The position numbers and the translations under genes are program-made. From positions 18,826-82,825 of the forward strand of contig JAHFBG010000009.1 in assembly GCA_023250155.1 (NCBI GenBank): a stretch of DNA of 64,000 nt. Reading direction: 5' to 3'. The stretch comes from Candidatus Melainabacteria bacterium (GTDB taxonomy: Bacteria; Cyanobacteriota; Vampirovibrionia; 2-02-FULL-35-15). Positions 29,406 through 39,415 of the stretch are shown here, in pieces; position 1 is the stretch's first letter; each line of letters begins with the position of its first letter. The notes beneath the pieces are model-generated. The model was not told the DNA's origin, made no database searches, and saw only the letters and a program-made list of their open reading frames with translations.

Positions 29406-30062
29406 CTAATGATGCTCATGCGGTTTGTGTTCGTGAACCCTTTTCTTTTCACTTGTTATATAGCCAATGACAGCTATTACTACAATAAAAACAGATGATG
29501 CTTCTAGCATAGCTAGCAGTTTTGACAACCAACCCACAGGATGTGGAATTCCATACCCAAGAGATATTCCTGTCACCACACTAAAATAAAGTGAATCAAA
29601 AAAACTGTCTAAAGCTGGTTTTGTTCCTGCAACTAATGGCAAAAGCGTTCCTAATGCCCTATACAAAATAGCAAAAATAATCATAATTTCTAATGCATTT
29701 CCTATTACTAATAAAGTAATTCTATTAACAGATTTCCAGTCTCCTCTTATTTTATAAAAACCTTTTACAAGTATTGATGAAAGAACAAACATAATATCAA
29801 CAAATCTAAAGCTTACTAAAAATACAAAAACATATGTTCCAAGTCCCATCCAATGAAAGCATTTACTACAAACAACAATACTTATCATTTCCAATAGCCA
29901 CCATAAACCAAGGTAAATATCAATCACTAAAGCAGAATCTTTTGGAAGCCATAATGATGGGGACCAATATTTATTCGTAGCAAGTAACCGCCAAGCCAAA
30001 GGATACCAAATTCCTAAATGATACCCAAATTCAGGCTTCAGTTGAGGTTCTTCACGTGTCAT
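29406..30062 (-). CDS. Membrane protein with potassium-channel pore domain (Ion_trans_2-like)
   Basis: Several TM segments; FFDSLYFSVVTGISLGYG pore helix and filter. Confidence 0.75.
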   Translation of the reverse strand: MTREEPQLKPEFGYHLGIWYPLAWRLLATNKYWSPSLWLPKDSALVIDIYLGLWWLLEMISIVVCSKCFHWMGLGTYVFVFLVSFRFVDIMFVLSSILVKGFYKIRGDWKSVNRITLLVIGNALEIMIIFAILYRALGTLLPLVAGTKPALDSFFDSLYFSVVTGISLGYGIPHPVGWLSKLLAMLEASSVFIVVIAVIGYITSEKKRVHEHKPHEHH

Positions 30063-30187
30063 GGTTAAGATTCTATCATTATTTCAATCAGTCTTAAGAT
30101 AACTATAAACAACAATATCTTCCTACCTTAGAATGATGGAAAGGAAATATAAATTAGAGATTATGTTAGTGAAAGGAATTTAAAATT

Positions 30188-30637
30188 ATGACATTAGCAA
30201 CAGAAACGCATGTAAACCAAATCATGCAAACTGATTTAGTAACAGTTACATCTAAAACAAATTTATTTGAAGCAGCAAGTTTAATGGAAGAACAAAATGT
30301 AGGTACTGTACTTGTAGTAGGTGAACAAAGTAAATTATTAGGTATGGTAACTGATAGACAAATTGTTACAAGAGCAATTGCACATAAAAGAGATTTATAT
30401 ACAACAACATGTGAAGAGATAATGACAAAGTGGCCTATGAGTATATTTCCTGAAACTACCTGTAAGGAAGCATTAGACATAATGGGAGACTATGGTTATA
30501 GAAGACTCCCTATAGAAGAAAGTGGAAAGCTTGTAGGAATTATTTCTATAAGTGACCTTGCACCTGTAGTCGAATTTGATGATGAGTGTATAGAAGATAT
30601 GGTAAAAGAATTAAGCAGTGATGCAAGGTATAAGTAA
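30188..30637 (+). CDS. CBS domain pair protein
   Basis: IMQTDLVTV, AASLMEEQNVG, GMVTDR, RRLPI, LVGIISISDL. Confidence 0.92.
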   Translation: MTLATETHVNQIMQTDLVTVTSKTNLFEAASLMEEQNVGTVLVVGEQSKLLGMVTDRQIVTRAIAHKRDLYTTTCEEIMTKWPMSIFPETTCKEALDIMGDYGYRRLPIEESGKLVGIISISDLAPVVEFDDECIEDMVKELSSDARYK

Positions 30638-30644
30638 GAACTAG

Positions 30645-30735
30645 CGTAGAGCGGATAGTAGAACAGAGGACAGGAGCAAGAGGCATGAGGCAAGAAGCAT
30701 AAGGCAACGATGAGACGCATGCAACGTCCAACAGA
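30645..30735. repeat. GC-richer intergenic heptamer (GAGGCAA-type) repeat with degenerate REP-like tail
   Basis: gaggaca ggagcaa gaggcat gaggcaa gaagcat aaggcaa ... gagacgcatgcaacgtc; a related run lies at 50433-50472. Confidence 0.55.
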
Positions 30736-30758
30736 GGTAAAACGAAAAGGAGTTAATT

Positions 30759-31625
30759 ATGATTAAAAGTATTTTAGTGGGTATGGATGAAGCAACTGAA
30801 AGTAGCAAATCAGCACTAAATGTTGCTATAGAAATTGCAAAAATATCAAATGCAAAAATTAAAGGATTATACATTGAAAATATTCTCAGACTTCTTGAAT
30901 GGCAGCCCGTTGAATTAATGGGTGCAGCTATAGGAGTTTCTTCTGGTATTCCAAGTTCTAGACCTACAATAGAACAAGTTGAGGTAGAAAAAGAGTTCAT
31001 AAAAGAAGCAAACAAATTAAAAGACATTTTTGATACTGAATGTTCAAAAGCTAAGGTCAATGGCACATTTTGTACCAAGAGAGGCCGTGTAGATGAACTA
31101 ATAGTAGAAGAATCAAGAAAAGTAGATATTGTAGTTATAGGGAAAAGAGGAAAAACATATCCTGAAAATTCACAAGAACCGGGACCAACGACAGAAAGCC
31201 TTTTAAGACATACGACAAAACCTGTTGTTGTTGTACCAGAAGGAGCTAAACTGTCTAATAAAATTCTTATTGGATATGACAGTAGTCAAACAGCTCAAAG
31301 AGCCTTAAGTATGGGTGCTTTGTTTGGAACATTACAACCATCAGAGATTAGAGTAGTTAGTGTCGGGGATGATATTGATTCTGCTAATAGACCTTTAAAT
31401 GAAGCAGAAGAGTTTCTAGCTTCTTATGATTTAAAAGCAAATTACATAGTAGATTTTGGACAAAATAAACCTTGGAAAGCAATCATAGATCAAGCCAAGG
31501 ATTTTCAAACAGGATTAATAGTACTTGGTGCATTTGGTACAAATAAGCTTCTAGAATCAATTTTCGGGAGTACCACAAAAGAAGTCCTGATTAAATCTAC
31601 CTGCCCAGTTTTGCTTTGCAGATAG
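30759..31625 (+). CDS. Universal stress protein (tandem UspA domains)
   Basis: KSILVGMD, DIVVIGKRG, KILIGYDSS, LIVLGAFG, FGSTTKEVL, CPVLL. Confidence 0.92.
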   Translation: MIKSILVGMDEATESSKSALNVAIEIAKISNAKIKGLYIENILRLLEWQPVELMGAAIGVSSGIPSSRPTIEQVEVEKEFIKEANKLKDIFDTECSKAKVNGTFCTKRGRVDELIVEESRKVDIVVIGKRGKTYPENSQEPGPTTESLLRHTTKPVVVVPEGAKLSNKILIGYDSSQTAQRALSMGALFGTLQPSEIRVVSVGDDIDSANRPLNEAEEFLASYDLKANYIVDFGQNKPWKAIIDQAKDFQTGLIVLGAFGTNKLLESIFGSTTKEVLIKSTCPVLLCR

Positions 31626-31637
31626 ATTTTTAATTTG

Positions 31638-33152
31638 TTAACTTGGTGGATTTTTTTGAAAATATTGAAAAGGATTAGAGTTCGTAAGAAGTTTTTTTGT
31701 TTGCTCCAATTGGTTTATTGTATCTGATGTAGCATTATCTTCTTGTTTAATTTGTTCGACTTGCTCAACTTGTTCGACTTGCTCAACTTGTTCGACTTGC
31801 TTAACTTGTTCAACTTGCTCGACTTGCTCAACTTGCTCGACTTGCTCAACTTGTTCGACTTGCTCAACTTGTTCGACTTGCTCAACTTGTTCGACTTGTT
31901 CGACTTGCTCAACTTGTTCAACTTGTTCAGACTGTTCAGCTTGGTTTATTCTTGACTGAAATGGATTAGACATTCTTTCAGTAACATCTCTTGCTACTAT
32001 AATCACCTTATCAGGCTGACCATTTTCATTTTTAATACAGCTGCCAACTGATTCAATATACCTAATACTTCCACCCTGCAACACAAATCTATATTCTGCT
32101 CTTTGTGGAAGACCCGTAGTAATTACTTCTACAAAAGCTTGTTTAATTTTGTCTTTATCTTCAGGATGAATTTCATTAAATGAATCACTACCTGACTGTA
32201 GTCCGTCACCAAAAATCTTTTTATAAGCAGGATTATTATAGACTCTCGTACCATCTAAATTTACCACTGCTACCAGATCATCCATATTGTCAGTAATTAA
32301 TCTACAAACCTCTTCACTTTTACGTAAAACTTCCTGCGTTTCTTTAAGTTCTTGAAGCTCATTCTGGAGCTCTGTATTTAGCTTAGTTATAGTCAAGGTA
32401 CGTTCCTGTACTTTTTTCTCTAAGTCTAAGTTTGTAGTTTCTAGTTCTTTAAATGAACTTTGAAAATTCTTTACGATAGGACGAAAGATAAAAAAGCTGG
32501 AAATTAAAATAAGCAACATTGTTACAACAAAAATAATATTTTCAAGATTCTTCATGCTTTCTATATCTTGTTTATTCTCAACAATCAACTGATTTACTAA
32601 AGCTTTAATACCTTTTTTTATCTTGGCAGGTGTTTTACTTTCTAAAACAGATAATGCCTCTTCATTTTCAGGAGATATTGTTTCATCAGAGATTTCTAAT
32701 AAAGTCTGAACTTCCTTTGCGTAACCTGAAAGTTCTTTATCAAGACGGTTTGGTTTTTCAAAATAAATTTCATTTATTTTTTGTGATTTATTTGCTGTCG
32801 TATGAAGCTTAGTATCTCCATTAACTATAGCCAAATGATAGCAATTAAACTCTTGTAATAAAACCTTTAACTCATCTTTTAGTTTTTTACACTGTTCCAA
32901 ACTAGGAGTATAAACAATCTCATTTATTATGCGATCTGACTTTTCTAATATTTCTTCTTGCTTAAAAGCAAGTTCTATTTTTTTTACATTAAAATCAGAG
33001 GATTTTAATGAACCTTGCAACATTAAATAACCATCAAATATAAGAACAATAAACATTACTAAACCAAAGATATACATGACATTCATGCTTTTAGCCGTTT
33101 TAGTAACATCAAAAGCTTCTTTTACTTTTTGTACTTTTTGCTGAACTGCCAT
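31638..33152 (-). CDS. Membrane sensor-like protein: 2 TM segments, periplasmic helical domain, coiled coil, PAS domain, QVE repeat tail
   Basis: LEKKVQERT S-helix and PAS (IHPEDK..., IIVARDVTER). No kinase or other output domain. Confidence 0.8.
   Translation of the reverse strand: MAVQQKVQKVKEAFDVTKTAKSMNVMYIFGLVMFIVLIFDGYLMLQGSLKSSDFNVKKIELAFKQEEILEKSDRIINEIVYTPSLEQCKKLKDELKVLLQEFNCYHLAIVNGDTKLHTTANKSQKINEIYFEKPNRLDKELSGYAKEVQTLLEISDETISPENEEALSVLESKTPAKIKKGIKALVNQLIVENKQDIESMKNLENIIFVVTMLLILISSFFIFRPIVKNFQSSFKELETTNLDLEKKVQERTLTITKLNTELQNELQELKETQEVLRKSEEVCRLITDNMDDLVAVVNLDGTRVYNNPAYKKIFGDGLQSGSDSFNEIHPEDKDKIKQAFVEVITTGLPQRAEYRFVLQGGSIRYIESVGSCIKNENGQPDKVIIVARDVTERMSNPFQSRINQAEQSEQVEQVEQVEQVEQVEQVEQVEQVEQVEQVEQVEQVEQVEQVKQVEQVEQVEQVEQVEQIKQEDNATSDTINQLEQTKKLLTNSNPFQYFQKNPPS
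31755..31925 (-). repeat. 19 x 9-bp tandem repeat encoding (QVE)n
   Basis: Units caagtcgaa, caagttgag, caagttgaa, caagtcgag, plus one caagttaag (QVK). Confidence 0.95.
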
Positions 33153-33330
33153 GATATACCTCTATCAAGTCTTCTTCCATTGTTCTCTTAACTTATAACA
33201 GTTAACTCCTATGGCTATCTCTAAACCTTAATATTTATTTATATTGGCTTGTTTCTGATAATACTTTCTTACATTCAAAACAATTGCCTACAAAATACGT
33301 TTTAGTGGAATAACTAGATTAATAGAAGTT

Positions 33331-34437
33331 ATGGAAAAAACAAAAGACGAATATTTAATTAAACTTCTTGAAGCTGCGGCTATTGTAGAATCTTCTTACG
33401 ATGCAATTATTGGTGAAACATTTGAAGGAATTATAACAAGCTGGAATAAAGCTGCTGAAAGGATTTATGGATATACAGCAGAAGAAGTAATTAATTCAAA
33501 ACACATATCAATATTAGTTCCATCTGAAAGACCTTTTGAAGTTACACCAATCGTTGAGAAAATCAAACGTGGTGAACGTACTGAATACTATGAAACTACT
33601 CATGTTACAAAAGATAAAAAAACCATAAACGTATTATTAACTATTTCCCCATTTAAAAATCAAAATGGTGAAATAGCAGGAATATCAATAATCTCAAAAG
33701 ATATAACTGAAAAGAAAAAAGCTGAAGCTATACTGATAGAAAAGACAAAAGAACTAGAACGCTCAAACAAAGAGCTAGAACAGTTTGCACATGTAGCATC
33801 ACATGATTTACAGGAACCGCTAAGAAAAATACTTGCTTTTGGAGATAGGTTAAAGGTACATTGTGAAAATCTCCTTGATGAAGAAGCAAAAGACTATCTC
33901 AACAGAATGGAAAAATCTGCTGCAAGAATGAGAGAGCTTATAGAAAACCTATTACAATATTCAACACTAACTTCAAAAGAGCAATTACAAACTGAAGTAG
34001 ACCTGGAAAGCATTATTAATGAGGTTTTATCAGATTTAGAAATAAGAATTCAAGAAACAAATGCAAAAATTGAGATTTACAATTTGCCTAAAATTATTGC
34101 AGATAAGATACAAATGCAAGCATTGTTTCAAAATTTAATTACTAATTCTTTAAAGTTTCGAAAAAAAGATATAACACCTCATATAATTATAAAAAGTGAA
34201 ATAAAAGATAAAAACATAATAGAAATCACGCTAGAAGACAATGGTATAGGTTTTGATGAAAAATATCTTGATAAAATTTTCAAACCATTTCAGCGTCTCC
34301 ACACAAAAACTGAATACGAAGGAAGTGGTATAGGACTAACTGTATGTGAAAAAATTGTATTGGTACATGGTGGTAAAATTACAGCTAAAAGTGAGCCTCA
34401 AAAAGGAACAAAATTTATAATAACTTTACCTGTATAG
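33331..34437 (+). CDS. PAS-domain sensor histidine kinase (Cph1/BphP-type kinase core)
   Basis: AAIVESSYDAII, FAHVASHDLQEPLR, FQNLITNSLKF, DNGIGF, FQRLH, GSGIGL. Confidence 0.93.
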   Translation: MEKTKDEYLIKLLEAAAIVESSYDAIIGETFEGIITSWNKAAERIYGYTAEEVINSKHISILVPSERPFEVTPIVEKIKRGERTEYYETTHVTKDKKTINVLLTISPFKNQNGEIAGISIISKDITEKKKAEAILIEKTKELERSNKELEQFAHVASHDLQEPLRKILAFGDRLKVHCENLLDEEAKDYLNRMEKSAARMRELIENLLQYSTLTSKEQLQTEVDLESIINEVLSDLEIRIQETNAKIEIYNLPKIIADKIQMQALFQNLITNSLKFRKKDITPHIIIKSEIKDKNIIEITLEDNGIGFDEKYLDKIFKPFQRLHTKTEYEGSGIGLTVCEKIVLVHGGKITAKSEPQKGTKFIITLPV

Positions 34438-34455
34438 TTTTAGAAAGGTTAGAAA

Positions 34456-34905
34456 ATGGATGCACTAAATAAAATAGCAAACATATTAATGGCTGATGAT
34501 GATGATGATGATTTTTTATTGGTAAAAACTGCTCTTAAAGCTTCTGATCTCCCTCATACTTTACACCATGTGTGTGATGGTGAAAAACTAATGGATTATC
34601 TCTTTCGCAAAGAACCATTTACAGACACAAAACAATATCCATTCCCTACAATCATACTTTTAGATTTAAACATGCCTAAAAAAGATGGTCGCGAAGCACT
34701 TGCAGAAATCAAATCACATGAAGAACTTTGTAGAATTCCAATAGTTGTTCTTAGTACTTCAAACAATAAAGACGATATTTTTAAATGCTATAAACTTGGA
34801 GTTAATTCTTATATTAGAAAACCGACCGACTACAAACATCTTGTAAGTATATTTCAAGCTTTTAAACAGTACTGGTTTGAGGTAGTAGAGCTACCTGAGG
34901 ATTAA
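34456..34905 (+). CDS. Single-domain response regulator (Rcp1-like)
   Basis: ILMADDD, LLDLNMPKKDGRE, IPIVVLSTS, NSYIRKP, YWF. Confidence 0.93.
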   Translation: MDALNKIANILMADDDDDDFLLVKTALKASDLPHTLHHVCDGEKLMDYLFRKEPFTDTKQYPFPTIILLDLNMPKKDGREALAEIKSHEELCRIPIVVLSTSNNKDDIFKCYKLGVNSYIRKPTDYKHLVSIFQAFKQYWFEVVELPED

Positions 34906-34985
34906 CCTTGCAATCATTCTTATGGCTTTGATATTTACTTCCAAATAAGCTATAATTAAGCCTATTACAGTACAGGGAGGTACAT

Positions 34986-35807
34986 ATGACAACAAAAACA
35001 TCTGGTAATCATAAAGTGAAAGATCTTAATATTTTTAAACAAAGAATTGAAAAAGAATTTTTTCAACACCCTGTAATCGTTAATAACCCATACACTAAAT
35101 GGTTCAAACAAGGTACAGCTAATACTGAACAAGTAAAGGATTTAATCCGACAATTTTCTGTTTTTTCCAATCACTTTATAGTGGTTCAAACAAAACGAAT
35201 GGTAAATGCAAGAACAATTAAAGGTGAAGAAGCTGCAAGAGCTATCTTATTAAATGAATGTGGGGTGGGAATAAACGTTAAAACAGGAAGCATTGAAGGA
35301 CAAAGATTTACCACACCAAATGCTCATATTAACTGGCTAAGAAAAATGTCTGAAATATTAGAAATAGATATGAAATTAATTGGTAGATGGGAAACGGGCA
35401 CAAAAGCTACTCATGATTTTTTAAATGGATTAGACAAAACTTATGGCAGCTATGATGAACAAGTTGGTTCTGGAGCTAGTTTTGCCATAGAAACGTGGGC
35501 TGCATTTGGCATTGGACATGGTGAAGGGCAAGAATCTGATAATTTCTGGAAAGAACTTATCGTAGGTTTAGAAAGTTATAATAAACATCACCGAATATCT
35601 AAGAACCTAAAACCTGTTCCACTTGGATTTTTTCAATATCACTTTGAAACAGAAGAAGGTCATGGCGCCAACGTCTGGCATGAACTCGAAGAATCATTTC
35701 AAGAAGATGATTTTGATGAAGAAAAATATATAAGTGCTGGAAAAATAGCACTAGAATCTATTTATACTTTTTGGTTAGGGTTAGATGAAACAAGAAAAAA
35801 ACTCTAA
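34986..35807 (+). CDS. Heme-oxygenase-like helical enzyme (TenA/PqqC/CADD superfamily)
   Basis: HPVI..NPY..WF, QFSVFS, NE...AHINWL, AIETW, FFQYH...EEGHG: a putative metal-ligand pattern. Confidence 0.65.
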   Translation: MTTKTSGNHKVKDLNIFKQRIEKEFFQHPVIVNNPYTKWFKQGTANTEQVKDLIRQFSVFSNHFIVVQTKRMVNARTIKGEEAARAILLNECGVGINVKTGSIEGQRFTTPNAHINWLRKMSEILEIDMKLIGRWETGTKATHDFLNGLDKTYGSYDEQVGSGASFAIETWAAFGIGHGEGQESDNFWKELIVGLESYNKHHRISKNLKPVPLGFFQYHFETEEGHGANVWHELEESFQEDDFDEEKYISAGKIALESIYTFWLGLDETRKKL

Positions 35808-35810
35808 CAA

Positions 35811-36350
35811 ATGAGAATTTCAAAGCTAACCAAAATCTTATTGGATGAAATAGTAAAAATACAACAATCAAATAACAAAGGAAAAACAGAACCAGAAATT
35901 GAAAGAAGATTTTTTGTTAAATCCTTGCCCCCTAATTTAGACAAGTATCCTCATGCAGAGATAACACAAGGATATTTAAAATCAAATGATGGAACCTCAA
36001 TAAGAATCAGAGAAATAGATGATAAATATTACACCACTACTAAAACTGGTTCAGGAAAGATTAGAATTGAAAAGGAAGCAGAAATTTCAAAAACATTATT
36101 TAATTCATTGTGGCACCTGACTAAAGATAGAAGACTTACAAAAACACGTTATGAAATTCCCTACCAAGGACATACGATTCAGCTAGACACCTATCATGGC
36201 AAACTAGAAGGATTTGTAACTGTAGAAGTAGAGTTTGAAGATGAGAAAACTTGTGATGAGTTTATACCACTAGATTGGTTTGGAAAAGAAGTTACTGATG
36301 ATGGAAGATATAGCAATAAAAGCTTAGCTACTCATGGATTGCCTGAATAA
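35811..36350 (+). CDS. CYTH domain protein (triphosphate tunnel metalloenzyme)
   Basis: EIERRFFV, ITQGYL, IRIR, KTRYEI, VEVEF, EVTDDGRYSN. Confidence 0.9.
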   Translation: MRISKLTKILLDEIVKIQQSNNKGKTEPEIERRFFVKSLPPNLDKYPHAEITQGYLKSNDGTSIRIREIDDKYYTTTKTGSGKIRIEKEAEISKTLFNSLWHLTKDRRLTKTRYEIPYQGHTIQLDTYHGKLEGFVTVEVEFEDEKTCDEFIPLDWFGKEVTDDGRYSNKSLATHGLPE

Positions 36351-36352
36351 GA

Positions 36353-37132
36353 CTACACTTTTGATAGTGATTTTTTCTTCTTAGAATAATCCAGCATTGT
36401 TTTTTCAGCATCAGAAATATCACTATCAGTGATTTCCCAAACATGTTTTTTCTCTAATTTTTTTTGTAACTCCAGCATAAGATCATGATCTAAAAATGGT
36501 ACTACTTTTCCGCCTTGGTATTCTTTTTCTTTTTCACCATAAAGACCTAAGAAAGTTTTATCTCTAAACCATGATTCACGATTGTGTTCTTCTAGTTTTT
36601 TAAGAAGTGCTTCAGTTGGGTTTCTTTGGACATATTCAAAGAACATACCACTTGGTTTTCCTCCTGGGAAATACCACTCACCACTAAAGACCTGAATAAG
36701 ATCTTCATCATCATCTTTAAGAATAGGTGTAATAAAATTAACTCCTCTTTCTAAAGCATACTCATGAAAAGCTAATAAATCAGATGTTCCAAGCGCTACA
36801 TGTTGCCAGTGTGCACTTGCATTATGCCCCACTAACATCTCTCTCACATGTGATGGCTGACTTTCCGGCTCTGATGGCTGAACCAAAGCAATGATAGTGT
36901 TTTGAAGTGTCGTATCTACCTTAGCACCACGTCCTATACATGCTGCAAATGTCATGGATTTTTCACCAAGTCCTTTTTTCCATTCCTTACGTTTTTCATA
37001 GATAATGTCGTCTTGTGTACACCCAAAAATTGTTTTAAAAATAACATAAGTTATGTTATACATCTTAGGCTCTACAAGCATAGTCATATGATCTACATGA
37101 AAATTTAAAAATGAGTGTTTTTTACTTGGCAT
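36353..37132 (-). CDS. 4-hydroxyphenylpyruvate dioxygenase-like protein (single catalytic VOC domain)
   Basis: VDHMT, QHVAL, LIQVFS and FFEYVQR give the His-His-Glu triad; in an operon with hmgA and FAH. Confidence 0.75.
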   Translation of the reverse strand: MPSKKHSFLNFHVDHMTMLVEPKMYNITYVIFKTIFGCTQDDIIYEKRKEWKKGLGEKSMTFAACIGRGAKVDTTLQNTIIALVQPSEPESQPSHVREMLVGHNASAHWQHVALGTSDLLAFHEYALERGVNFITPILKDDDEDLIQVFSGEWYFPGGKPSGMFFEYVQRNPTEALLKKLEEHNRESWFRDKTFLGLYGEKEKEYQGGKVVPFLDHDLMLELQKKLEKKHVWEITDSDISDAEKTMLDYSKKKKSLSKV

Positions 37133-37151
37133 AATTTTTCTCCTTTTTCTC

Positions 37152-38375
37152 TTACCTGCTCCCTATTTTTGATTTTGCCTTATACCAGCTCATGCTATAG
37201 TCCTTATCAGAATATTTATAACCATGATCTGTAACTCTTATACTTTCAAAATAAGTATCCACCATGACAGCTAATCTCTTATTCATCTTTCCACGATCAT
37301 TCATCGATCGTAAAGCTGAGTCCCCATGCGGACTGTGAGGAATAGAGCCTGGATGGAAAGTAATAGAACCTTCTTTAATCACTCCTTCACGAGCACCATA
37401 ATCAGAGCTTGAAAAGAACATTACCTCATCAGAATCTACATTTGAATGTGCAAATGGTGCAGCTACATCTTTTGGATGCCAACCCTCCATCTGTGAAACA
37501 AAAGAACAAATTGAAATGCCATTGAAGGGTACATTTCCAGCTTGAAATGTTTGATGAACCGGTGGCGCAGTATGAATCTCTCTGGCTATTCCATGATGAT
37601 TTTTTATATCAAAACCAAATGGATACACAGCGCCTTCCCACCCTGCAATATCAAAAGGATGATGATCTAATGTCAGCCTTGTCACATGACCACCATCATG
37701 TTTTATATCTATAAAATATTCTCCACTTTTATCTATAGGTTCCTGAAACATAGGTACATCAATTTCAGTTTCTACAACTGGTGCCATTAAAGTAGCTTGT
37801 CCAGCTTTATTCATATAGTGAGGGGGAAACTCTACTGGATAGATGGATTCCATAATTAAAAAGTAAGCGTTTTTTGAAGTAAGTTCTATTTGATAAATAG
37901 TGCCTTTTGGAATTATGAGATAAAGTCCTTTTCTGAAAGATATACTCCCGTATTCAGTTTTTAATTCACCTGTGCCATCCTGAACATAATATGCTTCATG
38001 CTTTTCACCATTTCTAAAAAACGTATTTGGTGACATGCTGTGAACTGGCTTACTAATAGAAATAATTGTACTTGTACCAAATAGAATTGGTTTTCTGCTT
38101 TTCATCGGACAAGCTTCAAATGGAACTTCACTCGACAATATATGATATGGCTGTAATACATCAACTAAAGCAACTCTTGAAACAAGGTCATAGTCTGCCT
38201 TTACAGGAGGTTGTAATTGTTCTGTAGGATATGCTCTTACATGGAGTTTTCTAGTATATGGTCCTGAAAAACCATAGGTACCATGTATTTCTTCCAAGGC
38301 TAAAACTTTTTCTACTGCATAAAACTCTGTATGCGGTATAGCTGATATCTTTCCTTTTTTTACTATAACGCTCAT
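37152..38375 (-). CDS. hmgA: Homogentisate 1,2-dioxygenase
   Basis: GFSG, FFRNG, HPFDIAGWEG, HTAPPVHQTF, PFAHSNVDSDEVMF, HPGSIPHSPH, LAVMVDT. Confidence 0.88.
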   Translation of the reverse strand: MSVIVKKGKISAIPHTEFYAVEKVLALEEIHGTYGFSGPYTRKLHVRAYPTEQLQPPVKADYDLVSRVALVDVLQPYHILSSEVPFEACPMKSRKPILFGTSTIISISKPVHSMSPNTFFRNGEKHEAYYVQDGTGELKTEYGSISFRKGLYLIIPKGTIYQIELTSKNAYFLIMESIYPVEFPPHYMNKAGQATLMAPVVETEIDVPMFQEPIDKSGEYFIDIKHDGGHVTRLTLDHHPFDIAGWEGAVYPFGFDIKNHHGIAREIHTAPPVHQTFQAGNVPFNGISICSFVSQMEGWHPKDVAAPFAHSNVDSDEVMFFSSSDYGAREGVIKEGSITFHPGSIPHSPHGDSALRSMNDRGKMNKRLAVMVDTYFESIRVTDHGYKYSDKDYSMSWYKAKSKIGSR

Positions 38376-38432
38376 TTTTTACTCCTCATTTTTATTTAAA
38401 TAACCAATTTTCAATTAATCAAATTTCAATTC

Positions 38433-39395
38433 TCAATTTTTAATTCTCAATTTCTCCTTTTGAGATTCTTCTTTCTTTTTAAAATTTAACTCTCTTTGTT
38501 CTTTTGGATATCCAACAGTATTTCGCAATGTTCCTAATTTAGGTACCTCAAGTTCAATCTTATCTCCTGGTTTTATCCACCTATCTAAATCTAAGCCACA
38601 ACCCTTATGAAAAGTGCCAGAACCTAAAATATCTCCAGGGTACATAGTCTCTTCCTGTGAAACATAATGAACCATTAGTGGAAATCCCCAGTACTGATCT
38701 TTAAAATGTCCTTCTGACCATGTTTCACCATTTACCATAACTTTTAATGAGAAATCTTTTTGTGGATTAACTTCATCACTAGTGACTAAATAAGGTCCAA
38801 AAGCATTTGCAAAATCTTTTCCCTTAGCTGGTCCCATTCTAAGTGCCATTTCTTTTTTTTGAATATCCCGAGCAGAAAAGTCATTGAATATCATATAACC
38901 AAATACATAATTTTGTGCATCATCCAAAGGGATGTTTTTCCCTTTTTTCCCAATCACACAAGCAATCTCACATTCAAAATCAAGTTTTCTTGTATAAAAA
39001 GGCCATGGTATTTCTTCACCTGAACCATAAATCTCTCTGTGATTTCCTTTATAATATGCAGGAATCTCATACCATTCTTTTGGTATCTCTTCATTTCTTC
39101 TTCTTGCTCCAGCTTTAGCATGTTCTTCAAATGCAAAAAAATCCTTTAGCGCTGGTGGATTTAGAAGTGGTGCCTTAAGCGCAATTTCACTTAAAGAATA
39201 AGTAACTGTTTTTAAATTTTTATTTAACAGTTCTTTAGCTGTATTTAAAAACTCATTCCCACCCTCAATAAAAGAAAGCATATTAGAAGGTAGTTCACCA
39301 TTTGATGCTTCATTTAAATCTATAACATGATTATCTTTAATAAAACCTAGTCTTGGCTTACTTTCTTTTTCTCTTATATAAGTAACTAACTTCAC
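38433..39395 (-). CDS. Fumarylacetoacetate hydrolase family protein
   Basis: DFFAFEEH, LDFECEIA, FNDFSARDIQ, GPAKGKDF, PGDILGSGT. Confidence 0.92.
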   Translation of the reverse strand: MKLVTYIREKESKPRLGFIKDNHVIDLNEASNGELPSNMLSFIEGGNEFLNTAKELLNKNLKTVTYSLSEIALKAPLLNPPALKDFFAFEEHAKAGARRRNEEIPKEWYEIPAYYKGNHREIYGSGEEIPWPFYTRKLDFECEIACVIGKKGKNIPLDDAQNYVFGYMIFNDFSARDIQKKEMALRMGPAKGKDFANAFGPYLVTSDEVNPQKDFSLKVMVNGETWSEGHFKDQYWGFPLMVHYVSQEETMYPGDILGSGTFHKGCGLDLDRWIKPGDKIELEVPKLGTLRNTVGYPKEQRELNFKKKEESQKEKLRIKN

Positions 39396-39415
39396 GAACT
39401 CTGACCTCTTGCTTT

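Noticed and set aside
30496-31078. Minus-strand ORFs with ASCLMPLA-type sequence
   Set aside because: Translations of the intergenic heptamer repeat and antisense of the CBS and USP genes.
31715-31955. ORFs with (SKSNKL)n and (LLNLFD)n repeats; also considered as a CRISPR array
   Set aside because: Alternative frames of the 9-bp QVE microsatellite; there are no unique spacers and no cas genes.
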